Part shown: piece after piece, positions 36,806 through 45,150 of the stretch
Numbering within the stretch: position 1 is the first letter of the stretch
How the letters are laid out: each line of letters begins with the position of its first letter
Source: an uncultured bacterium
Lineage (GTDB): Bacteria > Chlamydiota > Chlamydiia > Chlamydiales > JAAKFR01
Length of the DNA: 64,000 nt
Reading direction: 5' to 3'
NCBI GenBank assembly: GCA_964350245.1
Contig: CAYGJC010000001.1
Coordinates: 4,139-68,138, forward strand
Notes under the pieces: model-generated
Seen by the model: the letters and a program-made list of their open reading frames with translations, nothing else
Databases searched by the model: none
Told to the model about the DNA's origin: nothing
Translations under genes and position numbers: made by a program

Positions 36806-37430
36806 GGTTAAACACCTCCACCATCGCTAGATCCCCCACGCGTGCAAGAACGGCTAGCCGTCCTTGCAGTGGGGTCGTTTCCCCCGGCAAGCGGATTCGG
36901 TTGAGGTGTGTTAACCCCAGCCGAATCAGCGCTGCCTCTGCAATCACCACACCATCTACTTTTCCTGCATCCATCTGCGCTAGACGCTCTTCAATCGTCC
37001 CTCGAATATCAACAAAGCGCACTTCACTCTCTACTCTCCGCACCATCTCTTCGCGTCTAACCGATGAGGTGGCCACCACCGCCCCCTTTTCGAAGCGCTC
37101 CCCTTTGCGCAAGACAAGCACATCGGCAGGATCGAGTCCTCGTGTCAATGCAACCAGCTCAAGTCCCGGGCAGAGCGGCTCAGGTAAATCCTTGGCTGAA
37201 TGAATCGCCACACGACACTCCCCACTGAGCACTCTTTCATCTACCTCGCGCGTGAAAAAATCGGTCTTATCTAGCGTACGCAGAGAGGTTGTTCGATCGC
37301 AATCCCCCGTCGTCTTTACATAAACCGGCTGAAAAGAAACTTCAGGGTGCACGTGTTGCACTAGTTTCAAAACCTCTTGTACTTGCGCTTTAGAAAGGGG
37401 TGAACTTCTTGCACTAATTGAGAGCTGCAC
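36771..37430 (-). CDS. hemC: porphobilinogen deaminase (hydroxymethylbilane synthase), short form lacking the C-terminal domain
   Basis: RSSPLSKAQVQEV, KTTGDCDRTTSL, FFTREVDERVLSGECRVAIHSAKDLP. At 219 aa it ends where domain 3 of longer HemC proteins would start. Confidence 0.85.
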   Translation of the reverse strand: MQLSISARSSPLSKAQVQEVLKLVQHVHPEVSFQPVYVKTTGDCDRTTSLRTLDKTDFFTREVDERVLSGECRVAIHSAKDLPEPLCPGLELVALTRGLDPADVLVLRKGERFEKGAVVATSSVRREEMVRRVESEVRFVDIRGTIEERLAQMDAGKVDGVVIAEAALIRLGLTHLNRIRLPGETTPLQGRLAVLARVGDLAMVEVFNPIHQHQLSLQA

Positions 37431-38760
37431 GAATCGCCTCCTCTACACGTTCGATCCCAATGATCTCAATATTTTTAAAGAGCTTGTGTCCTTTTTTAGG
37501 AACCATTGCTTTTTTAAAGCCCATATGTACAGCCTCCTTCAACCGCTCTTCTAAGCGGGGTACGCTTCGAATCTCCCCGCCCAAACCTACCTCTCCAATG
37601 ACAACAGTTTCGGGATCTACAATCCGATTGGTAAGAGAGGAAGCAACTGCCAAAATAATGCCTAAATCAATCGCCGGTTCGGTGATTTTAAGGCCGCCGG
37701 CAATCGATACAAAAACATCGCGGTTATGGAGTTGATACCCGATCCGCTTTTCCATCACAGCAAGCAGAAGAGCTAAACGATTCGCATCCAAACCGGCAGA
37801 TCGACGTGAAGGGGTGCTAAAAGCGGTATCGGTCACAAGCGCCTGTACTTCGACCAAAATCGGACGCGAACCATCTACTGTGGGAATGATCACTGAACCG
37901 GAATTACCCCGCATCCGCTCTTTTAAAAAGAGCTCAGATGGGTTTTCGATCTCAGTGAGTCCCTTTTCACTCATCTGAAAAACAGCGATCTCATCTGTTG
38001 AGCCAAACCGATTTTTCACAACGCGCATCAGCCGGTAGTTGTGTTGCCTATCGCCTTCAAAGTAAAGGACGGTGTCAACCAGGTGCTCCAATACGCGCGG
38101 ACCGGCAATCTCCCCGGACTTGGTCACATGTCCAATCAACAAGATAGATAGATTCCGGCTTTTGGCCAAATGCATCAGCTCTGTCGCTGTCTCTCGCACT
38201 TGGGTGACTGAACCGGGAGAAGAGGGAAGCTCGCTTTTATAAATGATCTGAATTGAGTCGATGATCACCAGATCGGGGTTGACCGTTTCGATCTGCTTCT
38301 TGATCAGCGAAAAATTCGTCTCAGCAAGTAGAAGTAAATTTTCACTCGAAATACCTAGCCGTCTCGCCCGCTGGGAAGTTTGCGCCACTGACTCTTCACC
38401 GCAGACATAAAGAACTACAAGTCCTTGGCGAGCAATAGCATTTGAAGCTTGCATCAGTAGAGTCGATTTCCCAATTCCCGGTTCTCCTCCCACAAGCGAG
38501 AGCGAGCCAACCGTAAGCCCGCCGCCCAGTAGGCGGTCGAGCTCTTTCATATGGGTTTGCATGCGGGTGTTCTGATCAGGAGGCACTTCATTAACACGGA
38601 CCGGTTTGGAGGGCATAGAGAGTTGCGATTCAAAGCGGGGCACAACCTCCTGCTCTTCATGGAAGGTATTCCACTCTTTACAACTGACACACTGCCCTGA
38701 CCATTTAGGCTCTTTATGTCCACACTCTTTACAGTACCAAGCTGACTTCACTTTGCTCAT
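37414..38760 (-). CDS. radA: DNA repair protein RadA
   Basis: Zinc ribbon CKECGHKEPKWSGQCVSCKEWNT, Walker A GGEPGIGKSTL, KNRFG motif and a Lon-like C-terminal domain. Confidence 0.95.
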   Translation of the reverse strand: MSKVKSAWYCKECGHKEPKWSGQCVSCKEWNTFHEEQEVVPRFESQLSMPSKPVRVNEVPPDQNTRMQTHMKELDRLLGGGLTVGSLSLVGGEPGIGKSTLLMQASNAIARQGLVVLYVCGEESVAQTSQRARRLGISSENLLLLAETNFSLIKKQIETVNPDLVIIDSIQIIYKSELPSSPGSVTQVRETATELMHLAKSRNLSILLIGHVTKSGEIAGPRVLEHLVDTVLYFEGDRQHNYRLMRVVKNRFGSTDEIAVFQMSEKGLTEIENPSELFLKERMRGNSGSVIIPTVDGSRPILVEVQALVTDTAFSTPSRRSAGLDANRLALLLAVMEKRIGYQLHNRDVFVSIAGGLKITEPAIDLGIILAVASSLTNRIVDPETVVIGEVGLGGEIRSVPRLEERLKEAVHMGFKKAMVPKKGHKLFKNIEIIGIERVEEAIRAALN

Positions 38761-39461
38761 GATGCTTTATCCTCTATTTGCAAAAGAGCCGCTTGAGCAG
38801 CAGCTGTCTGCGCCTCTTTTTTGGAAGAGCCCGACCCCTCGCCTCGTTTGATATCCTGCACCCATACTCCCACGCGGAACTGTTTTCGGTGAGCAGGTCC
38901 TGTTTCTTCCATAATGGTGTAAATGGGCGTCTGTTGAAAGTTTTTCTGCGCCCAATCTTGCAGTTCAGCTTTCCAATTGCGGTAGGGCTCGTGGACCAGG
39001 GAATCAACCGTCTCTTTGAAATGAGAGAGAAAAAAGGTACGGGCCGCTTCCACTCCCTGATCAAGATATAAAGCGCCCATCAACGCTTCAAAAAGATCAG
39101 ATAGAATCGTGTCGCGTCCCTTGCCTTCATTCATCTGCTCCCCCTTTCCTAAAAGTAAAAACTCACTGATCCCCAACTGCTGCACATACTGAGCGCACGC
39201 CGGCGCATCGACGAGTTGAGAGCGGAGCTTGGAAAGGGAGCCCTCATCGAGCTCGGGATGCTGTAAAAAAAGATACTCTGCCACCAAAAGGCCTAATATA
39301 GAATCTCCTAAAAATTCCAATCGCTCATTATGGTGAGGGACTCGATCTTGATTTTCATTCCAAAACGAGCGGTGAACAAAAGCTTGAAGAAGCAGTTCAG
39401 GCTGGCGAAAAAGCACGCCTATTTTATTTTGAACCGCATCGAGTTGAAAAAAAGTTTGCAT
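38757..39461 (-). CDS. rnc: ribonuclease III
   Basis: Signature NERLEFLGDSILG. C-terminal dsRBD (GPAHRKQF...GSGSSKKEAQTAAA). Confidence 0.95.
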   Translation of the reverse strand: MQTFFQLDAVQNKIGVLFRQPELLLQAFVHRSFWNENQDRVPHHNERLEFLGDSILGLLVAEYLFLQHPELDEGSLSKLRSQLVDAPACAQYVQQLGISEFLLLGKGEQMNEGKGRDTILSDLFEALMGALYLDQGVEAARTFFLSHFKETVDSLVHEPYRNWKAELQDWAQKNFQQTPIYTIMEETGPAHRKQFRVGVWVQDIKRGEGSGSSKKEAQTAAAQAALLQIEDKAS

Positions 39462-39529
39462 TTGGCATCAAAGATGGTATGAAGTGAAGACTGAAGAATA
39501 AATTTGGAGAGATTTTAAGGCCATCATTT

Positions 39530-39805
39530 ATGAGTAACACACACACAAAGCGCGAACTTCAATTTGAAAATGAACAAGTTAAAGTCTGGAAGACGGTCAT
39601 TTCTCCCAATCAACCCCTAGATATCCATCCACACAATGCCGGTCAGGTCGTGATTGGTCTCGATTCAAAGCGAGCCTACTGGCTCAAGCCGGGATCTCAA
39701 AAGAGCGAAAGTACTTTGCCCACTGTCTCCGAGCCGGTCGAGATTATGGTAGTGGAGATGAAGCAGGCCCAAAACCGTCCTCTGCCTAGTAAACCCCTGG
39801 ACTAG
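39530..39805 (+). CDS. small hypothetical protein, possibly a shortened cupin-like fragment
   Basis: FENEQVKVWKTVISPNQPLDIHPHNAGQVVIGL resembles the first half of a small cupin. The remainder looks too short for a full barrel. Confidence 0.4.
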   Translation: MSNTHTKRELQFENEQVKVWKTVISPNQPLDIHPHNAGQVVIGLDSKRAYWLKPGSQKSESTLPTVSEPVEIMVVEMKQAQNRPLPSKPLD

Positions 39806-39824
39806 AATACGATTTGCTTCTACA

Positions 39825-40493
39825 ATGTTTGCCATGGAAGGCATTTATCGATTAGATGGAGTTCAAGATTTTTTTAGAGTTTATAAAGACGGTTATGGAT
39901 TTAAGCCCAATGAACCGCTCTTATCTCCCACCTATAAGCAAATCCTTTGGGCCCGTGCAGCGGCTCCCCTGCATTTTGTTCTCATCACCATTAGCACTTT
40001 AGCTAGACAGTTGATGCGTATCCTCACCTCTCTTGCAGCACTGCAATTTGGGGCCGCTGGAAAAGATTGTATAGGACTGTTTTTGCAACTTCCTCTGCTC
40101 CCTGCCCTGGCTGTGCTGGCCGTGATCAACCCTCAATGGGCTGTCGATGCGTGTCATCACGTTCTTGTACAGCCAGGTGTAGATCACCCGAATGATTCAG
40201 GGACGTACTTTGAGGATAGAGGTTACCCCTGGCAGCCGTATGTACTCACCTTGATACGGGGGCTCTTTGTTCTTCCTCTTGGTTTGATCGACGGGGGTGC
40301 GCAAACGCTTTCCTGGGCTCTTACTGGTTCCTGGAGCCAGTTAAGCGCGAATCAAAAAATCTCTCCTCTGCACAGAGTTGCCTACTCTTTTGCTGTGTGC
40401 ATCCATATTCCCTATAACACGATCTATCCCGAATTAGAGCCTAGCTTGATTGAATCAATCAATTTGGTGATTTACCGTACCCGCTTCCGATAA
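39825..40493 (+). CDS. hypothetical membrane protein
   Basis: 222 aa ORF with several hydrophobic segments (PLHFVLITISTLA, LQLPLLPALAVLAVI, LIRGLFVLPLGLI). No family recognised. Confidence 0.5.
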   Translation: MFAMEGIYRLDGVQDFFRVYKDGYGFKPNEPLLSPTYKQILWARAAAPLHFVLITISTLARQLMRILTSLAALQFGAAGKDCIGLFLQLPLLPALAVLAVINPQWAVDACHHVLVQPGVDHPNDSGTYFEDRGYPWQPYVLTLIRGLFVLPLGLIDGGAQTLSWALTGSWSQLSANQKISPLHRVAYSFAVCIHIPYNTIYPELEPSLIESINLVIYRTRFR

Positions 40494-40537
40494 AATCCCG
40501 TGCAGAATATTGCCTTTCGGCAGTAAACTCTTCTGCC

Positions 40538-40978
40538 ATGGCACGCTTTATTCTCGCTCCAGAACATAAAAAATTTTTTCAACTCAACGGCTTTATCTCT
40601 TTTGAATCACTCATTCCTGCTCAAGAGATGGAGGCGATCTGGAAACAGATTGAGGGACACCGTCCAAATCTACCCGGCCTCACCCAGGAAAATCTCTCCG
40701 GCGCCTTGCCTGAGCTTCTCCCTATGGCCCGAAAGATAGGCCCTATCGCTGCAGGATTACTTGACCGAAAACCGATTCGCCTTGCCTATGACTGTGTTGT
40801 AGAGCAACTGGAGGAAACTCCTACCATTGAAGAGAGAGAGGTCGGCCTTTTGCTCGGAAAAACGGGGACCGGCTTTTTCTTCACTGACCCTTCTCATCTT
40901 TACAATCTCAAGCAAGAGTGCTACCTTCTACTTGTTTTTACCGCAAACTATTCAAATAACCCGATTCTTGTAAAATGA
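40538..40978 (+). CDS. hypothetical protein
   Basis: 146 aa ORF. The N-terminus (KKFFQLNGFISFESLIP) is reminiscent of PhyH-type dioxygenase N-termini, but I see no HxD...H metal motif. Confidence 0.4.
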   Translation: MARFILAPEHKKFFQLNGFISFESLIPAQEMEAIWKQIEGHRPNLPGLTQENLSGALPELLPMARKIGPIAAGLLDRKPIRLAYDCVVEQLEETPTIEEREVGLLLGKTGTGFFFTDPSHLYNLKQECYLLLVFTANYSNNPILVK

Positions 40979-41085
40979 TCGATCGTGAAGCTGTTGTCAT
41001 TTTTGTGATCTGCGTCGTCTTCCTCGCACTATTTGTCGTGGCGGGCGTGCGCGATATTATCCGAAGGAAAGATGAAGAAGAATAG
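40975..41085 (+). CDS. candidate 36 aa single-pass membrane micro-protein
   Basis: The ATG at 40975 overlaps the upstream TGA (ATGA). Product MIDREAVVIFVICVVFLALFVVAGVRDIIRRKDEEE has a hydrophobic helix followed by a charged tail. Below the ORF-track size cut-off. Confidence 0.25.
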   Translation: MIDREAVVIFVICVVFLALFVVAGVRDIIRRKDEEE

Positions 41086-41506
41086 CTGGTATGGACAAGG
41101 GTTGAAATTTTCGTGCACCGAATGTGGTAAATGCTGCACAGGTGCTCCCGGGTACGTTTGGGTAAACACTCAAGAGATGGAAGCGATGGCCGCCTTCCTT
41201 GATCTCTCTTTGAGGGACTTTAAGCGAAAATACACACGTAGAGTAGGCAATCGCTATTCGCTTCTTGAATCGAAGCAGACCTACGACTGCGTCTTCCTTA
41301 AAGAGAAGAAATGTCAAGTCTATGGCGCGCGCCCCACTCAATGCCGCACTTTCCCCTGGTGGCCTCAAAACATTCACTCTCAAGCTGCCTGGGAGGAGAC
41401 CGCCCGCTCCTGCGAGGGCATTCAACCCGATGCAGAGAGGGTGAGCGCCGCGACCATTGAAGAACAGGAGCTGATTCAAATTGGCCGTAATGCCGACAAT
41501 CGCTAG
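41072..41506 (+). CDS. YkgJ-family zinc/iron-chelating CxxCxxCC protein (ATG at 41072; the ORF track starts at a TTG at 41033)
   Basis: CTECGKCCTG motif plus distal cysteines (CVFLKEKKCQVY, CRTFPWWP), as in the UPF0153/YkgJ family. Confidence 0.75.
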   Translation: MKKNSWYGQGLKFSCTECGKCCTGAPGYVWVNTQEMEAMAAFLDLSLRDFKRKYTRRVGNRYSLLESKQTYDCVFLKEKKCQVYGARPTQCRTFPWWPQNIHSQAAWEETARSCEGIQPDAERVSAATIEEQELIQIGRNADNR

Positions 41507-41545
41507 TATGAGGATCATCGAAAAAAGCAAGACGGTGGGGAGCCA

Positions 41546-43315
41546 GTGGAAGTGGACATTGATGAAACAACCCAAAAAAATATTGACAGCTGGCTGAACG
41601 GCTCTTACGACGCTCAAACCAAAGAAGAGATCCGCTCCCTTCAACGAGACAATCCGCAAGAACTTGTCGATGCTTTTTACAAAAGACTCTCTTTTGGAAC
41701 CGGTGGGCTCCGTGGGATTATGGGAGTGGGAACGAATCGAATAAACACCTACAACATCCGCGCGGCCACGCAAGGCCTTGCGAACTACATTGCTACCCAA
41801 ACACCAAAAGCTGAAAGGCATGCAGTTGTAATCGGCTATGATTGCCGACACCATTCCCGGGAATTCGCCAAGCAGGCAGCGCAAGTCTTAGCAGCCAATG
41901 ACATTGAAGTCTTTCTTTACTCCTCTCTCCGTCCCGTGGCGAGCGTTTCATTTGGCGTTTTACACAAAAAAGCGACGGCCGGCATCATGATCACCGCCTC
42001 GCACAATCCCCCCAAATACAACGGCTACAAAGTCTACTGGGATTATGGAGGACAGGTGCTTCCTCCCCACGATCAGGGGATTATTGAGCAAGTGAACCAA
42101 ATCACCTCCATCGAAATGGTTAAAACAGCTCCCCTCTCTCATCCGTTGATTCATGAGATAGATGAAGAGCTCGATCACGCCTATTTAAAAGCGCTTCATG
42201 AATGGCAACTTCATCCAGGGGATAATCATACGCACGGCAAAGAGCTGCATGTCGTCTATACAAGTTTACACGGGGCTGGCATCACAATGGTCCCGGCCGC
42301 CTTACGCGACTGGGGCTTTACCCACCTCACCATTGTCAAAGAGCAAGAAACACCTGACGGAAACTTTCCTACCGTCTGTTCACCCAACCCAGAAGAACAT
42401 GCAGCACTCGAAATCGGGATCGAAACAATGAAGCGGGTGAATGGAGACCTCCTTTTGGGCACTGATCCCGATACTGATAGACTTGGGGTTGTTGTGATGC
42501 ATGAGGGAAAACCTTTCTTCTTTAATGGAAATGAACTGGCTTGCCTACTTCTCGAACACATTTGCCGTGGACTAAAGATGCCTCCAAAAGCCATGTTTGT
42601 CAAAACCATTGTCACCACAGAGCTCTTTCGTAAAATTGCTGAGCACCATGGAGGCATGTGTTTAGATGTGCTAACAGGTTTCAAGTACATCGGAGAAAAA
42701 ATTGCTCAATGGGAAGCGGATCACTCAAACCACCACTATATTTTTGGAGGTGAAGAGTCCTACGGCTATCTTTTGGGAACACACGTACGGGACAAAGATG
42801 CCATTATCTCTTCTGCGTGTGTGTGCGAGGCGGCTTTACAACTCAAAAGAGAGGGAAAAACACTGGTTGACCTGCTCTACGAGATTTACACTCAATATGG
42901 CATTTTCCGCGAGGGGCTCCTTTCACTAACATTTGAAGGAAAAGAGGGCGCCGATCAGATGCAACAGATGATGCAACAATTGCGCGATAAGCCCCCTACG
43001 CTTCTGGCAGAAAAACCTGTTACGATCATGGAGGACTATCTCACCCACACCAAGCTCCACATGGAATCAGGGGCGAAAGAGACGCTTGTGCTGCCTAAGT
43101 CTGATGTGCTGCGGTTTTGGCTAAGTGATGGAACAAAAATCGTAATTCGCCCATCCGGAACAGAGCCAAAAATCAAGCTCTACTGCGCTGTTGAGGAGAG
43201 ACATCATCACGTGGATCGGCACGATTTGGAAAAAGCGCTGGCGCGCGCTGACCAAAGGCTAGGTACGCTCCTTCAAACCCTCAAAAAGAGCTTAATGGGG
43301 AGGAGCCTTTCCTAG
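41546..43315 (+). CDS. pgm: phosphoglucomutase/phosphomannomutase-family protein (GTG start)
   Basis: Active-site TASHNPPKYNGYK, Mg loop GTDPDTDRLGV, sugar-binding GGEESYG and phosphate-binding RPSGTEPKIK. Confidence 0.92.
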   Translation: MEVDIDETTQKNIDSWLNGSYDAQTKEEIRSLQRDNPQELVDAFYKRLSFGTGGLRGIMGVGTNRINTYNIRAATQGLANYIATQTPKAERHAVVIGYDCRHHSREFAKQAAQVLAANDIEVFLYSSLRPVASVSFGVLHKKATAGIMITASHNPPKYNGYKVYWDYGGQVLPPHDQGIIEQVNQITSIEMVKTAPLSHPLIHEIDEELDHAYLKALHEWQLHPGDNHTHGKELHVVYTSLHGAGITMVPAALRDWGFTHLTIVKEQETPDGNFPTVCSPNPEEHAALEIGIETMKRVNGDLLLGTDPDTDRLGVVVMHEGKPFFFNGNELACLLLEHICRGLKMPPKAMFVKTIVTTELFRKIAEHHGGMCLDVLTGFKYIGEKIAQWEADHSNHHYIFGGEESYGYLLGTHVRDKDAIISSACVCEAALQLKREGKTLVDLLYEIYTQYGIFREGLLSLTFEGKEGADQMQQMMQQLRDKPPTLLAEKPVTIMEDYLTHTKLHMESGAKETLVLPKSDVLRFWLSDGTKIVIRPSGTEPKIKLYCAVEERHHHVDRHDLEKALARADQRLGTLLQTLKKSLMGRSLS

Positions 43316-44410
43316 CCATTCCGGCTTCCGATCCAGTACCTTAAACAAGCTTTTTACTTTCCCCAGCTCACGCCGTGTGATGAGCGTCACACAAACACCT
43401 TCTCGTCCAGAGCGCCCTGTTCGTCCCGAACGGTGCATATAGGTCTCTTCTTCAAAAGGAAAATGAAAGTTCACTACGTGCGTCACATTAGAAAAATCGA
43501 GCCCTCTTGAGGCAATATCTGTGGCCACTAAAAAGCGGATTTTACCTTTGTGAAACTTATTGGTGATCACCGAGCGCATCTGCTGCTCTAACCCTCCATG
43601 AAGAAAGTCGACACCCTGTATTTTGGACTTTAGGTCACGATAAATGGCCTCAACCTCACGACGCGAGTTGGCAAAAATCAAACACTGATTGGGATTGAGC
43701 TCTTTGAGAAGAGCCAATAAATCATCTCGTTTCTGCGCTGGATTGGGGCAAAAAATCAGCTGATGCTTGAGATTTTTAGGTGTGGTTTGCTCACTGATTA
43801 ATGTCAGTTCAACAGGATCTTTCATGTGATCTTTCGCGATCATTTTAATCTGCTTGGGCATGGTCGCTGAAAAAAGTAGTGTTTGATGCTCATGAACTAA
43901 ACAGTTAATGATAAACTCTAAATCTTCATAAAACCCCATGCCCAGCATTTGATCGGCCTCATCGAGTACAAGCGTCTCTACTTTGGAAAGATCGATCGCT
44001 TTTGAGAAAACAAAATCAATGAGCCTGCCTGGCGTGGCAATCAAGACTTGCACACCCCCTTTCAGCTTGGCACGTTGCATCTCCATATCCTCTCCGCCAA
44101 AAAGGGCGAAAGCTTTGACATGTTTCACCCGACCAATTTTTTGGGTCTCTGTTGCATACTGAAGGGCCAGTTCGCGTGTGGGAACCACAATCAATGCTTG
44201 AATGTGTTTGTACTGTGTATCAACTTTATGGCAGACAGGAATCGCGCAGGCAGCCGTTTTGCCCGATCCCGTTTCAGCTAAAGCAATAAGATCCTTGCCC
44301 TCTAGCACATGAGGGATCGCACTCTCTTGAACGGGAGTGGGTTTATCATAACCAAGTGCACGAATGGCATCTAATATGGTGGGATCTAGATCGAAATTAA
44401 GAAAGGTCAT
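43292..44410 (-). CDS. DEAD-box ATP-dependent RNA helicase
   Basis: Motifs AETGSGKTAA, PTRELA, VLDEADQM, SAT and HRSGRTGRSG. Confidence 0.93.
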   Translation of the reverse strand: MTFLNFDLDPTILDAIRALGYDKPTPVQESAIPHVLEGKDLIALAETGSGKTAACAIPVCHKVDTQYKHIQALIVVPTRELALQYATETQKIGRVKHVKAFALFGGEDMEMQRAKLKGGVQVLIATPGRLIDFVFSKAIDLSKVETLVLDEADQMLGMGFYEDLEFIINCLVHEHQTLLFSATMPKQIKMIAKDHMKDPVELTLISEQTTPKNLKHQLIFCPNPAQKRDDLLALLKELNPNQCLIFANSRREVEAIYRDLKSKIQGVDFLHGGLEQQMRSVITNKFHKGKIRFLVATDIASRGLDFSNVTHVVNFHFPFEEETYMHRSGRTGRSGREGVCVTLITRRELGKVKSLFKVLDRKPEWLGKAPPH

Positions 44411-45150
44411 AAGCGTTTTTGTATACTTTTCCAGATCAGCTTTTTGGCAATCCCGGCCGGCACCAAGAGGGCAGAGAGACGATAGAACCAGTTGGTCACC
44501 CGCTTTTCCTGAAGCTGCTCTATTTGTTTTAAAATTTCCCGGGCCACAAACTGTGGGGAGAGGAGAGGCGCTCCCTTTTGGATCACTCTCTTTCCCGCAG
44601 CACGATTGGCAAAATCGGTGTCCACCATCCCCGGACAGGTGACAAGCACTCGTACACCTCTATTAGCTAACTCGGTATTGAATGTACGCGAAAAATGGGT
44701 CAAACACGCTTTAGCTGGGCCGTAGAGCCCCATACCGGGTGCTGGGTGCTCTCCCGCCATGGAAGAGACATTCAGAATCACACCTTTTTTTTGCGCGGCA
44801 ACCAGTGCACGTGCCGCTTCGATGGTCAATTCTATAGGAGCTGTGGCATTAACCTCAAGCACGGTTAATTGATCCGAGACAGATCGACTGAGCATCTCTC
44901 CGTAATGGGTAAAACCGGCACAATTAATCAAAAGATCGGGCAGATCAGCTTGAAAAGCTGTAATGATTTTTTGACGTCCCTCTTTTTGGGCCAAATCTGC
45001 CACGATACAGGGACTTTTAACGGCTTCAGAGAGCCGTTTTAAGCGCCCCTCATCACGGCCTGAAAGAATGAGTGCATATCCCTTTTCAATAAGAAGGGGT
45101 ACCAGTGCCTCTCCAATTCCCGAGGTGGCTCCGGTCAGCAGCGCCTTCAC
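44407..45150 (-). CDS. short-chain dehydrogenase/reductase
   Basis: TGATSGIGEAL cofactor motif, NVSSMAG and the catalytic YGPAKAC (YxxxK). Confidence 0.88.
   Translation of the reverse strand: MKALLTGATSGIGEALVPLLIEKGYALILSGRDEGRLKRLSEAVKSPCIVADLAQKEGRQKIITAFQADLPDLLINCAGFTHYGEMLSRSVSDQLTVLEVNATAPIELTIEAARALVAAQKKGVILNVSSMAGEHPAPGMGLYGPAKACLTHFSRTFNTELANRGVRVLVTCPGMVDTDFANRAAGKRVIQKGAPLLSPQFVAREILKQIEQLQEKRVTNWFYRLSALLVPAGIAKKLIWKSIQKRL

Noticed and set aside
41057-41884. 275 aa minus-strand ORF
   Set aside because: It overlaps the YkgJ-type gene and the 5' part of pgm, both of which have clear family motifs on the plus strand. Its translation is low-complexity with no motifs. It is probably a spurious antisense ORF.
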